From: an uncultured Gemmatimonadaceae bacterium | Lineage (GTDB): Bacteria; Gemmatimonadota; Gemmatimonadetes; Gemmatimonadales; Gemmatimonadaceae | Assembly: GCA_963761305.1 (NCBI GenBank) | Contig: CAVXGK010000002.1 | Location: 352,001 to 416,000, forward strand | Reading direction: 5' to 3' | DNA length: 64,000 nucleotides | Notes under the pieces: generated by a model | Database searches by the model: none | What the model saw: the letters and a program-made list of their open reading frames with translations, nothing else | Told to the model about the DNA's origin: nothing | Translations under genes and position numbers: made by a program | In this document: positions 28,106-37,579 of the stretch, in pieces | How positions within the stretch are numbered: the stretch's first letter is position 1 | How the letters are laid out: each line of letters begins with the position of its first letter

Positions 28106-31100
28106 ATGAGCAACGACACCAAGCCGCGCGCGCCCGGCGTCAAGCGCCGCGAGTTCCTCAAGGTCGTCGGCGCGTCGGGCGCGGCCCTCGCCGCCACGGG
28201 CTGCCTGCCCGAGGATACCGGAAAGCTCATTCCATATGTCGCATCGCCCGACCAGACGGTCCCGGGCGTGTCGACCTACTACGCCACGACGTGCCGCGAG
28301 TGCTCGGCCGGCTGCGGGCTCATCGCCGAGACGCGTGACGGGCGCGTCATCAAGCTGGAAGGGAATCCGGACCACCCGCTGAACCGCGGCGCGCTCTGCG
28401 CGCGGGGACAGTCGGCGCTCCAGGGTTTGTACAACCCCGATCGACTCCGTTCGCCGATGGTGAAGGAGAACGGCGCGTGGAAGGCGATCACATGGGACGA
28501 CGCGGTGACTCGCCTCAGTCAGGTGCTCGCCCAGAACAAGGGCACCGCGGCCAACGCGATCTTTCTCAACCAACACGAGAGCGGGATTTTCCCGCGCTTT
28601 CTCGACACGTGGCTCGCCGCGTACGGGATGCCGCCGCATCTCAGTGTCGACTTCGAGGCCGACAGCGCCGCGCTCGAGGCCAATCGCCGCACCTACGGCG
28701 TGGTGTGGCCGTCGCTCAGCTTCCAGGACGCGCGGCTGATCCTCTCGTTCGGCGCCGACTTCCTCGACGCCTGGGGCGCGAACGTTCCGCAGCAGCTCGA
28801 CTTCGCCGACGCGCGGGCCAAGCTCGCCGGCGCGCCGCGATTCGTCTACGTCGGCCCGCGGCGGTCGCTCACCGGCCTGAACGCCGACGAGTGGATCGCG
28901 TGCAAGCCGGGCGGTGAGCTGGCGATCGCCAACGCCCTCGCCAAGAAGACGACCATTCAGCAGGCGGCGACCGACAGCGGCGTCGACGCCGCGACGTTGC
29001 AGCGTCTCGCGGACGAGCTGGCGTCGTCCCAACGCGTTCTCGCGTTGGCCGGTACCACTGGCGCCGACGCGCTCGACGTCGCGCTGGCCGTGGCGGCGAT
29101 CAACGGCGCCAACGGTGCCGTCGGTACGACGATCCGTCCGGCCGATCCGATCACGTCGTTCGACGGCATCGCGTCGGACGATCACGTGCTGGCGGTCGTC
29201 GAGCGCATGCGCGCGGGCCAGGCGGGCGTCGTCTTCGTGCGCGGCGTGAATCCGGCCTACGTGCTGCCGAAGAACGTGAAGTTCGCCGAGGCATTCGCCA
29301 AGGCGGCGTACCGCGTGAGCTTCAGCAGCCAGCCCGACGAGACGACGGAGCTCTGCGATCTCGTCATTCCGGATTTGCATTCGCTCGAGTCGTGGGGCGA
29401 CGCCGAACCGGTGCGCGGCATCGTGTCGCTCGAGCAGCCGGCCATGGACGCCGTGTTCTCGGCGATCAAAGGCTCGACGGCCGACGCGCTCATCGCCGCG
29501 GCGAAGAAGGATCCGACAATCGGCGCCAAGTTCACGGCCCCGGATTTCCGGACGTGGTACATCGCGAATTTCCCGGGCGGTGCGCCGGCGCTGGCGGCCG
29601 CGCTTCCGAAAGGCATCGCGCAATTCTCGCGGCCACCGCGCGTACTGGCTCCGCCTGTTGCCGCGGGACCGAAGACGCCGCCGATCGCCGGCACGCAGGG
29701 CGACTTGTTCCTCGTCACGTACCAGTCGCCGCTCCTTGGCGACGGGCGTGGCGCGAACAAGCCGTGGCTTCAGGAGCTGCCCGATCCGGTCACCAAGATC
29801 TGCTGGAGCTCGTGGGTCGAGCTTCACCCGGAGACGGCGGAACGCCTCGGCATCGAGCGCGGCGACATCCTCGAGGTAAAGACGGCGAACGGCACGATCC
29901 GCGCTCCGGCATTCCCATATTTGGGAATTCACAAGGACGCGATCGCCATTCCGACGGGGCAGGGGCACCGCGCGACCGCGTCGATACCGAAGTTCGAGCC
30001 GAAGAGTCACGATCCGTCGCGCGTTCAATGGGGCTACGGCCGCTACGCGCGCGACCTCGGGGCCAACGTGATGGATCTGCTCCCCGTCGATACCGACGCG
30101 GCGGGCTCGCTCGTGATGACGTCGACCAAAGCATCGGTCTCGAAGACCGGCGATAACCGCATTCTGCCGAGCACCGAAGGGTCGGCGCGACAGCACGGCC
30201 GGGGGATCGCGCGCGCCGTCGACGCCGCCGATCTCAACAAGCCGTCGCCGGAGCGCGAGGTCATTCCGGGCGACGCGAGCCACGCGTTCCTGCCCGGGCT
30301 GCGCTCACCCGTGGCGGCCGACGCGCAGGGCGACCTCGGCGCGCCGACGGCCGCGGACCGCGGCAAGGAGAAAGGTCTCTATCGCCCGGACAACCCGCTC
30401 GGCATGACCAAGCGGCGTTGGGCGATGACGATCGACCTCGCGCGGTGCACGGGATGCTCGGCGTGCGTCACGGCGTGCTACGCCGAGAACAACATCCCGA
30501 CCGTCGGCGCGTACTGGCAGAACGCCACGTTCTGGGCCGACGAACGGCCGGGCTTCAACATCGAGCGCGGCCGCGAGATGAACTGGATTCGTCTCGAGCG
30601 CTACTTCGAGGGAAATCCCGACGGCAAGTTCGGCGAACCGTTCGAGACGCGATTCGTGCCGATGCTCTGCCAGCACTGCGGCAACGCGCCGTGCGAGCCT
30701 GTGTGTCCGGTGTACGCGACGTACCACTCGCCCGACGGCCTCAACGTGCAGGTCTACAATCGCTGCGTCGGTACGCGCTACTGCTCCAACAACTGTCCGT
30801 ACAAGGTGCGCTACTTCAACTGGTTCGGGTACGGCGAAGAGGACCGCAAGCAGTATGCGTTCCCCGAGCCGCTCAACTGGCAGCTCAACCCCGATGTGAC
30901 GGTGCGCGGCAAGGGCGTGATGGAGAAATGCTCGTTCTGCGTGCAGCGCATTCGCGAGACCGAAAATCGAGTCGCGCTCGAGCATCGTGAGATGCAGCCG
31001 GACGAATTCACGACGGCGTGCGCCGCGGCGTGCCCGTCGCGCGCGATCACGTTCGGCGACGTGGCCGATGCCAGGTGGGCGGTGGCGCAGCACGTCGACG

Positions 31101-31204
31101 ATGCACGCGCGTACCACGTGTTCGAGGAGCTCAACACCTTCAGCGCGGTGGTCTATCTGAAGAAGGTCAATCATCCGGCCGGCGCTGTTGCGCCGCGGGC
31201 ATAG
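28106..31204 (+). CDS. actB: Alternative complex III subunit B (molybdopterin-oxidoreductase-like domain + FeS domain)
   Basis: Tat motif KRREFLK plus lipobox ATGC; C-terminal FeS motifs CTGCSACVTAC, CQHCGNAPCEPVCP, CVGTRYCSNNCP, CSFC...CAAACP. Confidence 0.9.
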   Translation: MSNDTKPRAPGVKRREFLKVVGASGAALAATGCLPEDTGKLIPYVASPDQTVPGVSTYYATTCRECSAGCGLIAETRDGRVIKLEGNPDHPLNRGALCARGQSALQGLYNPDRLRSPMVKENGAWKAITWDDAVTRLSQVLAQNKGTAANAIFLNQHESGIFPRFLDTWLAAYGMPPHLSVDFEADSAALEANRRTYGVVWPSLSFQDARLILSFGADFLDAWGANVPQQLDFADARAKLAGAPRFVYVGPRRSLTGLNADEWIACKPGGELAIANALAKKTTIQQAATDSGVDAATLQRLADELASSQRVLALAGTTGADALDVALAVAAINGANGAVGTTIRPADPITSFDGIASDDHVLAVVERMRAGQAGVVFVRGVNPAYVLPKNVKFAEAFAKAAYRVSFSSQPDETTELCDLVIPDLHSLESWGDAEPVRGIVSLEQPAMDAVFSAIKGSTADALIAAAKKDPTIGAKFTAPDFRTWYIANFPGGAPALAAALPKGIAQFSRPPRVLAPPVAAGPKTPPIAGTQGDLFLVTYQSPLLGDGRGANKPWLQELPDPVTKICWSSWVELHPETAERLGIERGDILEVKTANGTIRAPAFPYLGIHKDAIAIPTGQGHRATASIPKFEPKSHDPSRVQWGYGRYARDLGANVMDLLPVDTDAAGSLVMTSTKASVSKTGDNRILPSTEGSARQHGRGIARAVDAADLNKPSPEREVIPGDASHAFLPGLRSPVAADAQGDLGAPTAADRGKEKGLYRPDNPLGMTKRRWAMTIDLARCTGCSACVTACYAENNIPTVGAYWQNATFWADERPGFNIERGREMNWIRLERYFEGNPDGKFGEPFETRFVPMLCQHCGNAPCEPVCPVYATYHSPDGLNVQVYNRCVGTRYCSNNCPYKVRYFNWFGYGEEDRKQYAFPEPLNWQLNPDVTVRGKGVMEKCSFCVQRIRETENRVALEHREMQPDEFTTACAAACPSRAITFGDVADARWAVAQHVDDARAYHVFEELNTFSAVVYLKKVNHPAGAVAPRA

Positions 31205-31213
31205 GGGCGCGCC

Positions 31214-32683
31214 ATGGCGACGACCCTGACCGGCCTTCCCGAAGCACCGCGACCCGGCGGACCGCGGCCGAACATTCCGTCGGCCGGCGTCCGATTCCCG
31301 GCGATCAAAGATTACGAACAGGTCGACCGCGAGATCGCCGGCACGCTCCAACCGACGCTCGGCTGGTTCGCGCTGCTCGGGGTCGCCGTTCTGTGCATGC
31401 TCACCGGCGCCGTGACGTGGACGTACCAGATCCACGAAGGCCTCGGAGCAGCCGGCTATCAGCCGCCGGTGATGTGGGGCGTCTACATCATCAGCTTCGT
31501 GTTCTGGGTGGGTATCGGACACGCCGGCACGCTGATCTCGGCGATTCTCTATCTCTTCCGTGCCGGCTTCCGCACGAGCATCTACCGCCTGTCGGAAGCG
31601 ATGACTGTGTTCGCCGTCATGACGGCCGGGTTGTTCCCGATTCTGCACCTCGGCCGGCCGTGGAAGTTCTTCTGGCTGATCGCCTACCCGAACTGGCGCC
31701 TCATCTGGCCGAATCCCAAGAGTCCGCTCGTCTGGGACGTGTTCGCGATCCTCACGTACCTCACGATCTCCAGCACCTTCCTCTACATCGGGCTGATTCC
31801 GGATATCGCGATCCTTCGCGATCGCGAGAAGAACCCGGTGCGGAAATCGATCTTCGCGATGCTCTCGCTCGGCTGGCGGAACTCGGACAGGGAGTGGCGC
31901 CACTTCACACGCGCCTATCTGTTTCTCGCCGCGTTCGCCACACCGCTCGTGCTCTCGGTGCACTCGGTCGTGTCGTTCGACTTCGCGATGGCGCTCACGC
32001 CCGGCTGGCACGCCACGATCTTCCCGCCGTACTTCGTCGCCGGCGCCATCTTCTCGGGCATCGGCATGGTGTTCACCATCGCCATCCCGCTGCGCAAGGC
32101 GTTCAAGCTCGAGCATTACATCACGCTCAACGACCTCGACGCCGCCGCGAAGCTCTGTCTGTTCACGTCGTCGGTGGTCGGACTCGCCTATCTGACTGAG
32201 TTCCAAGTCGCGTGGATGAGCGGCAACCGGTTCGAGCAGGACTACTTCTGGAACCGCGTGTTCGGGCAGTGGGCTTGGGCCGCGTGGATCATGCTCATCT
32301 GCAACATGGTCCTTCCGATGTCGCTCTGGTCGCAGAAGCTGCGACGCAATCCGGGCTGGCTTTTCATCCTGTCGCTGTTCATCAACCTCGGCATGTGGTT
32401 CGAGCGGTTCGTGATCGTCGTGCCGTCGCTCTCGCACGAGTTCGAGCCGTGGCAGTGGGGCACGTACCGGCCGACCTTCGTCGACATCGGCATCCTGATC
32501 GGCAGCTTCGGGTGGTTCTTCATGTGGTTCCTGCTGTTCATCAAGCAGTTGCCGGTGATGGCGATGTCCGAAATCAAGGAAGTCATCCCGCCGCGCATTC
32601 GAAAAGCGTTCCTCCACGGCGATCCTGACCGCGACCTGGCGATGCCCTTCGTCCACCCCGACGAGACGGGAGCGGAGCACTGA
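31214..32683 (+). CDS. actC: Alternative complex III NrfD/PsrC-family quinol-binding subunit
   Basis: FVFWVGIGHAGTLISAIL, HLGRPW, SPLVWDVFA, SVHSVVSFDFA, PPYFVAGAIFSG, GMWFERF. Confidence 0.92.
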   Translation: MATTLTGLPEAPRPGGPRPNIPSAGVRFPAIKDYEQVDREIAGTLQPTLGWFALLGVAVLCMLTGAVTWTYQIHEGLGAAGYQPPVMWGVYIISFVFWVGIGHAGTLISAILYLFRAGFRTSIYRLSEAMTVFAVMTAGLFPILHLGRPWKFFWLIAYPNWRLIWPNPKSPLVWDVFAILTYLTISSTFLYIGLIPDIAILRDREKNPVRKSIFAMLSLGWRNSDREWRHFTRAYLFLAAFATPLVLSVHSVVSFDFAMALTPGWHATIFPPYFVAGAIFSGIGMVFTIAIPLRKAFKLEHYITLNDLDAAAKLCLFTSSVVGLAYLTEFQVAWMSGNRFEQDYFWNRVFGQWAWAAWIMLICNMVLPMSLWSQKLRRNPGWLFILSLFINLGMWFERFVIVVPSLSHEFEPWQWGTYRPTFVDIGILIGSFGWFFMWFLLFIKQLPVMAMSEIKEVIPPRIRKAFLHGDPDRDLAMPFVHPDETGAEH

Positions 32684-33183
32684 TGCAAGGCGTTCTCGGA
32701 GCATTCCACGAGATCGACTCGGCCGTTCACGCGATCGAGGATCTGAAGGACCAGCGGTTCGGCGACATCACCGTGTTCACGCCCACGCCGCGCCACGAGT
32801 TCGAGCACGTCATGAAGCATCCGCCCAGCAAGGTGCGGATCGTGACGCTGTTGTTCGGGCTCGCCGGTGTGACGTTCGGCTACTGGATCGCGGTGTGGAT
32901 CTCGGACTACTGGCCGCTCGTGGTGGGCGGCAAGGCGATCGCCACCTGGGTGCCGTTCACGATCGAAGGGTTCGAGCTGATGGTCCTCATCGGTGGACTC
33001 GCCACGGTGTTCGCGATGTTCGCCATGTCGCACGTGCCGCGACTCACCCAGACGGTCGGATACGACGCGCGGTTCAGCGGCGGCTATTTCGGCGTGTGGG
33101 TCGTGACCGATCCGGACCGCGCCGACGACGCGATGAAGATTCTCCAGAAGTACGGAGCCGAGGAGGTGCGACGTGAGCGGTAG
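32683..33183 (+). CDS. actD: Alternative complex III subunit D (DUF3341-like)
   Basis: FTP, WPLVVGGK, FELMVL, DARFS; two TM segments; position in the operon. Confidence 0.85.
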   Translation: MQGVLGAFHEIDSAVHAIEDLKDQRFGDITVFTPTPRHEFEHVMKHPPSKVRIVTLLFGLAGVTFGYWIAVWISDYWPLVVGGKAIATWVPFTIEGFELMVLIGGLATVFAMFAMSHVPRLTQTVGYDARFSGGYFGVWVVTDPDRADDAMKILQKYGAEEVRRER

Positions 33184-33904
33184 CGCGCGCCTCGCCCGGT
33201 TCGCGCGAACGTCGGCGCTGTGCGCCGCGGCCGCGCTCACCGGCTGCTCGTGGTTCACCGACTTCCGCCAGCAGCCGAAGATCGATCCGTGGGAATCACC
33301 TTCGGACACCATCCCGTTCCGCGGCAACCCGCAGAACTCTGTGTCCATCTACGGTTCGGCGGCGCCCGGCTTCGAGTTCGACCGGCAGCCGCTGCCGGCG
33401 AACATCCTCGCCATGGCGGGAATTCCAAACCCGACGCCGGCGGATTCAGCGTCTGTGCACCGCGGGCGAATTCAGTTCCAGATCAACTGCATGCCGTGTC
33501 ACGGGCGGCTCGGCATGGGCGACGGGCCTGTTGTCAAATACGGCATGCCGCCGATTCCGATCGGTGCGGGAACCAACGCCGCCGACAAGTACACCGACGG
33601 CTACATCTTTGGCATGATTCGAAACGGGCGCGGGATGATGCCGCCCTACAACCGCATCGAAGAGATGGATCGCTGGGACATCGTCAACTATCTGCGCTCG
33701 ATTCAGGGGAAGTTGCCGGGGATCCCGCCCGACACCTCGCATGGTCGCCCGGGTGAAACCGGTCCGCTCGTGCCCGGCGCGTCGCGCATGGGCCCGACGC
33801 GTCCCGCTCCGTTCTGGAAACCGTCGATGACACAGCGTGCGGACACGGCTCGTCCGGCGACCGCGCCGGCCGACTCGACGAAGAAGCCGGGGGCTGCGCG
33901 ATGA
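33173..33904 (+). CDS. actE: Alternative complex III monoheme cytochrome c lipoprotein
   Basis: Lipobox LTGC; single CMPCH; GMMPPY; DRWDIVNYLR. Confidence 0.85.
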   Translation: MSGSARLARFARTSALCAAAALTGCSWFTDFRQQPKIDPWESPSDTIPFRGNPQNSVSIYGSAAPGFEFDRQPLPANILAMAGIPNPTPADSASVHRGRIQFQINCMPCHGRLGMGDGPVVKYGMPPIPIGAGTNAADKYTDGYIFGMIRNGRGMMPPYNRIEEMDRWDIVNYLRSIQGKLPGIPPDTSHGRPGETGPLVPGASRMGPTRPAPFWKPSMTQRADTARPATAPADSTKKPGAAR

Positions 33905-35232
33905 GCGCCATTCATCCGCCCCGCGAATGGTCGTCGTCGGAAGCGCTCGCCGCCACGAATCGCGAGCTGCCGTCGTGGATTCGCACGGCGGTGCGCGCGA
34001 TGTTCGGCATCGGGCTCATCGTGTTCATCGTCGGCGTGATCGTTCAGCCGGAGCGCGCGTGGCGCGCGTTCCACGCCAACTGGCTGTTCTTCGCCGGACT
34101 GACGAGCGGCGGTATGACGATCGTCGCCGTGCAGCGAATCACCACGGCGCGCTGGTCGCGCCACGTGATCCGTTTCATGGAAGCTTACGTCGGCTTCCTG
34201 CCCGTGGCGTTCGTGTTCCTGCTGGCGACGTTCATCGGCGGACGGAACTACGTCTTCCCGTGGACGCACGAGGCGCCTCCGGGTCCCGAGAAGGCCCTCT
34301 ACTTCAATCCGGTGTTCCTCATCTCGCGCGATCTGCTGATCTACGCGCTGATGACGATCCTTGGTATCTGGTACGTCTACACGTCGCTGCGGCTCGACGT
34401 CGGCCGCGTGCCGGAGTGGGGCGCCAAGTGGGCGGCGAACATTCGCGCGCGCATGCGCCACGGCTTCGGCAACGAGCGCCGCGAGCTCCATTCGACGCAT
34501 TCGCTTCAAGGCAAGCTCGCCGTGTTCGCGGTGCTGCTGTTCGCGATGGGCTGGTCGGTGCTGTCGTGGGACCTCTCGATGGGCCTCTCGCTTCACTTCC
34601 AGAGCACGCTCTACAGCTGGTGGTTCTTCATGGGTGCGTGGCTCTGCGCGCTCACCGTGTTCGCGCTGCTGGTGATGGCGTGGGACGCGCGGCTCGGCAC
34701 GGCGGACGGACTCATTCAGGAAGTCCACTATCACGACATCGGCAAGCTCTGCTTCGCCTTCACCGCGTTCTGGGGCTACCTGACGTTCGGCCAGTACCTC
34801 GTGATCTGGTACGGCAACATGGGCGACGAGACGTTCTTCCCGCGCCTCCGACTGATCGCGCCGTGGAAATTCGTCACCGTGACGTCGGTGATCCTCGTCT
34901 TCTTCGCGCCGTTCTTCGGCCTGCTCTCGCGCGCCGCGAAGGTTTTCAAGCCGACGCTCGCGCTCTTCGCGCTGTGCAGTCTCGTCGGCATGTGGCTGAT
35001 GCGGTACATCGAGGTGTATCCGTCGGGCTACGGCGTCGTGTCGGAACTGCCGTTCGGCATCTGGGAGATCGGCGTGCTCCTGCTGTACCTCGGCGCCTGG
35101 GGCTGGTGTTACACGATGTTCGTCGAGGCTTTCCCGCGCATTCGCGTGACGCTGTCGACGTCACCCTATCGCGACGAAGTGCAGGTGCCGGTCGATCCCG
35201 AGACGATGGAGCCGCTGCCGGCGCACGAGTAG
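33901..35232 (+). CDS. actF: Alternative complex III membrane subunit F
   Basis: About 10 TM segments; FQSTLY, HDIGKLCFAF, WGYLTFGQYLVIWYGN. Confidence 0.87.
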   Translation: MSAIHPPREWSSSEALAATNRELPSWIRTAVRAMFGIGLIVFIVGVIVQPERAWRAFHANWLFFAGLTSGGMTIVAVQRITTARWSRHVIRFMEAYVGFLPVAFVFLLATFIGGRNYVFPWTHEAPPGPEKALYFNPVFLISRDLLIYALMTILGIWYVYTSLRLDVGRVPEWGAKWAANIRARMRHGFGNERRELHSTHSLQGKLAVFAVLLFAMGWSVLSWDLSMGLSLHFQSTLYSWWFFMGAWLCALTVFALLVMAWDARLGTADGLIQEVHYHDIGKLCFAFTAFWGYLTFGQYLVIWYGNMGDETFFPRLRLIAPWKFVTVTSVILVFFAPFFGLLSRAAKVFKPTLALFALCSLVGMWLMRYIEVYPSGYGVVSELPFGIWEIGVLLLYLGAWGWCYTMFVEAFPRIRVTLSTSPYRDEVQVPVDPETMEPLPAHE

Positions 35233-35254
35233 CGGCGCCGGTTCTCGCGACCGA

Positions 35255-35713
35255 TCACGGGATGCCGAGGAGCTCTTCCAGGCCGCGCTTCTGCATGGCG
35301 CCGGTGTAGCGCGCGACTTCCTTGCCGCCGCGAAACACGATCGACGTCGGGATGCTGCGGATGGTGAAGTGCGCCGCGGTCTGTTGGGCGCGATCGGTGT
35401 CGAGCTTGGCGACGAGCACGGAGCCTTGTTGCTCGCGCGCGATCTCGTCCACGAACGGCGCCATGGTTTTGCACGGGCCGCACCAGTCCGCGTAGAAATC
35501 GACGAGCACCGGCACGTCGCTCTCGGCGATCGTGCGCGCGAACGTCTCGTCGTTGAGCGCGAGCGGCCGGTCGAGGAGGATCGGCTTGGCGCACTTGCCG
35601 CACTTGGGCCGATCGGGCGTGCGGGCGGCGTCGATGCGATTCCACGTGTCACAGAATTGGCAGCGCACGGTGAAGTGCGCGGTGGAGGTCGCGGGCGCTT
35701 GGGTATCAGTCAC
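35255..35713 (-). CDS. trxC: Thioredoxin 2 (Zn-finger thioredoxin)
   Basis: CQFC...CGKC zinc finger followed by WCGPC. Confidence 0.88.
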   Translation of the reverse strand: MTDTQAPATSTAHFTVRCQFCDTWNRIDAARTPDRPKCGKCAKPILLDRPLALNDETFARTIAESDVPVLVDFYADWCGPCKTMAPFVDEIAREQQGSVLVAKLDTDRAQQTAAHFTIRSIPTSIVFRGGKEVARYTGAMQKRGLEELLGIP

Positions 35714-35777
35714 TGGAACGTTCCCTCGGTCGTCTGAATTGCTGCTAGATTCCAAATCTACGAACGGCAGGCAAGGC

Positions 35778-35850
35778 GGGGCGTTAGCTCAGCTGGGAGA
35801 GCGCCTGGTTTGCAACCAGGAGGTCACCGGTTCGATCCCGGTACGCTCCA
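35778..35850 (+). tRNA. tRNA-Ala (anticodon TGC), CCA not encoded
   Basis: Acceptor stem GGGGCGT/ACGCTCC with G3:U70, D-arm GCTCAGCTGGGAGAGC, anticodon arm CCTGG-TTTGCAA-CCAGG, T-arm ACCGG-TTCGATC-CCGGT. Confidence 0.97.
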
Positions 35851-36025
35851 TGAGCGGGACAACGAGTTAGCGCGTTTTGGCCCTCTTGGGCTTCGGCTGA
35901 GGTAACGCAGGGGTTCACCCCGCGGCCGGATTTCGGGATGACGGTCGCCCATTGGGGGCAACGACTACCGGCCATGACGCTCGGACTACCATGGCCTTCG
36001 CGAATACGCTCGCGACCTCCACGCG

Positions 36026-36388
36026 CTAGAAGCGGTTACCAAACCAAGCGATCAGGACGGCTAGGCCGAGCAGCTCCGTCCGGCCAGGGGAGATTTTCCA
36101 GGCGTCCACTTTGACTATGCGAGACACGGCGATGGAGACCGCCAGATTGTCCGGCGTCACCCCGTGAAGGGAATCGTCGACGATTCTCGGCCGCATCACC
36201 TGCCAGACCCCGCCGTCGCTCGTGGTGACGCGAACGGTCGATGGGTGTTCGGGCTCGACGACTTGTGTGACCGGACCCTCCTGCGTCGCCCACGATGAAC
36301 ATGCCTGCATGGTGAATGTCGCGAGCAAGAGCACCGCGCCCGCGCGGCGAACCCCGAACCAGGGGTTGAAAGTTGCGTCGCGCATCAT
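36026..36388 (-). CDS. Hypothetical small lipoprotein/membrane protein
   Basis: Hydrophobic N-region ending in MQAC; C-terminal hydrophobic segment; GGAG upstream. Confidence 0.55.
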   Translation of the reverse strand: MMRDATFNPWFGVRRAGAVLLLATFTMQACSSWATQEGPVTQVVEPEHPSTVRVTTSDGGVWQVMRPRIVDDSLHGVTPDNLAVSIAVSRIVKVDAWKISPGRTELLGLAVLIAWFGNRF

Positions 36389-36740
36389 AAGACTCTCCCA
36401 GGAGACAGGCCGGCTTCGAGTACTCGGTGACGGCGTCACCGGTATTGGCCAAAATCCTGAATCGCGCGATGCGCGACCATACGTCAGCCGACGTATGAGT
36501 GGGCTTGGTCGGACCTTCCGCCACTCGCTAACTCCCGCCCGTCATCCGCTCCGCGGCGCTCGCGCCAAACGGCTTAGAGAACTTGAGCTACTGCTCGAGA
36601 GTCCTCTCTCGAGTCTCGCGATGTGGCGTGGGTCCGAGGTTGTGAATCAGCACAGGACCGTCTCGGCCGACCGGCATGAACGCTCTCGCCTCGGCTGACC
36701 AGTGGCCAATCGGCACGGCAGATGCTTTGGGGATCGGGCG

Positions 36741-37502
36741 TCAGCCGCACGCACGCCCCCCGAGCCGCTTCCGGTACTCCGACGGAGTCACGCCGTGGGC
36801 CGCCGCGAAGGCGCGTGTGAAGTGTGAGTGGCTGTTGAAGCCGCACGCGAGCGCGATCTCGGACAATCCTCGCGTCGTGCCCAGCAGCTCGTCAGCGCGG
36901 CGCAGGCGCTCGGCTCGGCGGTACTCGCCGATCGACGCTCCAAAGTATCGATGGAACTCTCTTGCGAGGTGGACGGGATGTCGCCCGGCGCGCGCAGCAA
37001 TCGCCTCGAGAGTAAGTGACTGAGCCGAGGAATGGGCCACTTGATCGCGCGCCGCGACGAGCCATGACGGCGGCGCGCCAACCCGGCGCCTCCGTCGGCC
37101 GAACAGGGCAACCAGCTCCAACGCCAGACCCTCCGCCGCAAACCGCCCGAAGCCGTCGTCGCGCTCCACTTCGTTCCAGAGGCGCGCACCCAACTGCGCG
37201 ATCCGCAACGCGTACGCGTGCCGGGGCCGCTCGGCGGAGATGCCGCACTCGTGGAGCGAGTCGAGCGTGTCGGCGTCGGGCGTGAAGATCACCTGGCGCA
37301 CGCCGCCCGCGCCGAATCGCTGGGAGTGCATCTCCTGCGCGGGATAGAGCAGCATGTGGCCCGGGCCGTGCTCGACCTCGCGCCCCGCGATGCGCTCGAC
37401 GTACCGACCGCGGATTATCACCGAGAACGACATCTCCGCGTGGGAGTGCGGCGCCATAACGCTGCCCGAGGCATACTCCGCCACCCTGAGTCGTACCATC
37501 AT
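36741..37502 (-). CDS. AraC family transcriptional regulator
   Basis: Cupin-like HSH N-terminus; HPVHLAREF, LSEIALACGFNSHSHFTRAF...GVTPSEYR. Confidence 0.9.
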   Translation of the reverse strand: MMVRLRVAEYASGSVMAPHSHAEMSFSVIIRGRYVERIAGREVEHGPGHMLLYPAQEMHSQRFGAGGVRQVIFTPDADTLDSLHECGISAERPRHAYALRIAQLGARLWNEVERDDGFGRFAAEGLALELVALFGRRRRRVGAPPSWLVAARDQVAHSSAQSLTLEAIAARAGRHPVHLAREFHRYFGASIGEYRRAERLRRADELLGTTRGLSEIALACGFNSHSHFTRAFAAAHGVTPSEYRKRLGGRACG

Positions 37503-37579
37503 CGCCGTCCGCTTGGCGGGTGAAAGTGCGCTTCGCCGGTGAAAGCCGGCTACATCACGGACTGTTAGACTCCCGAACC

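Noticed and set aside
35830..35850. Duplicated tRNA 3' end (attR) closing the island
   Set aside because: No second copy found by eye in the window; a short degenerate copy could have been missed.
36470..36580. Additional attC-like site
   Set aside because: It has a hairpin (GAGTGG/CCACTC) and a GCTAAC, but no properly placed complementary R boxes; too degenerate to support.
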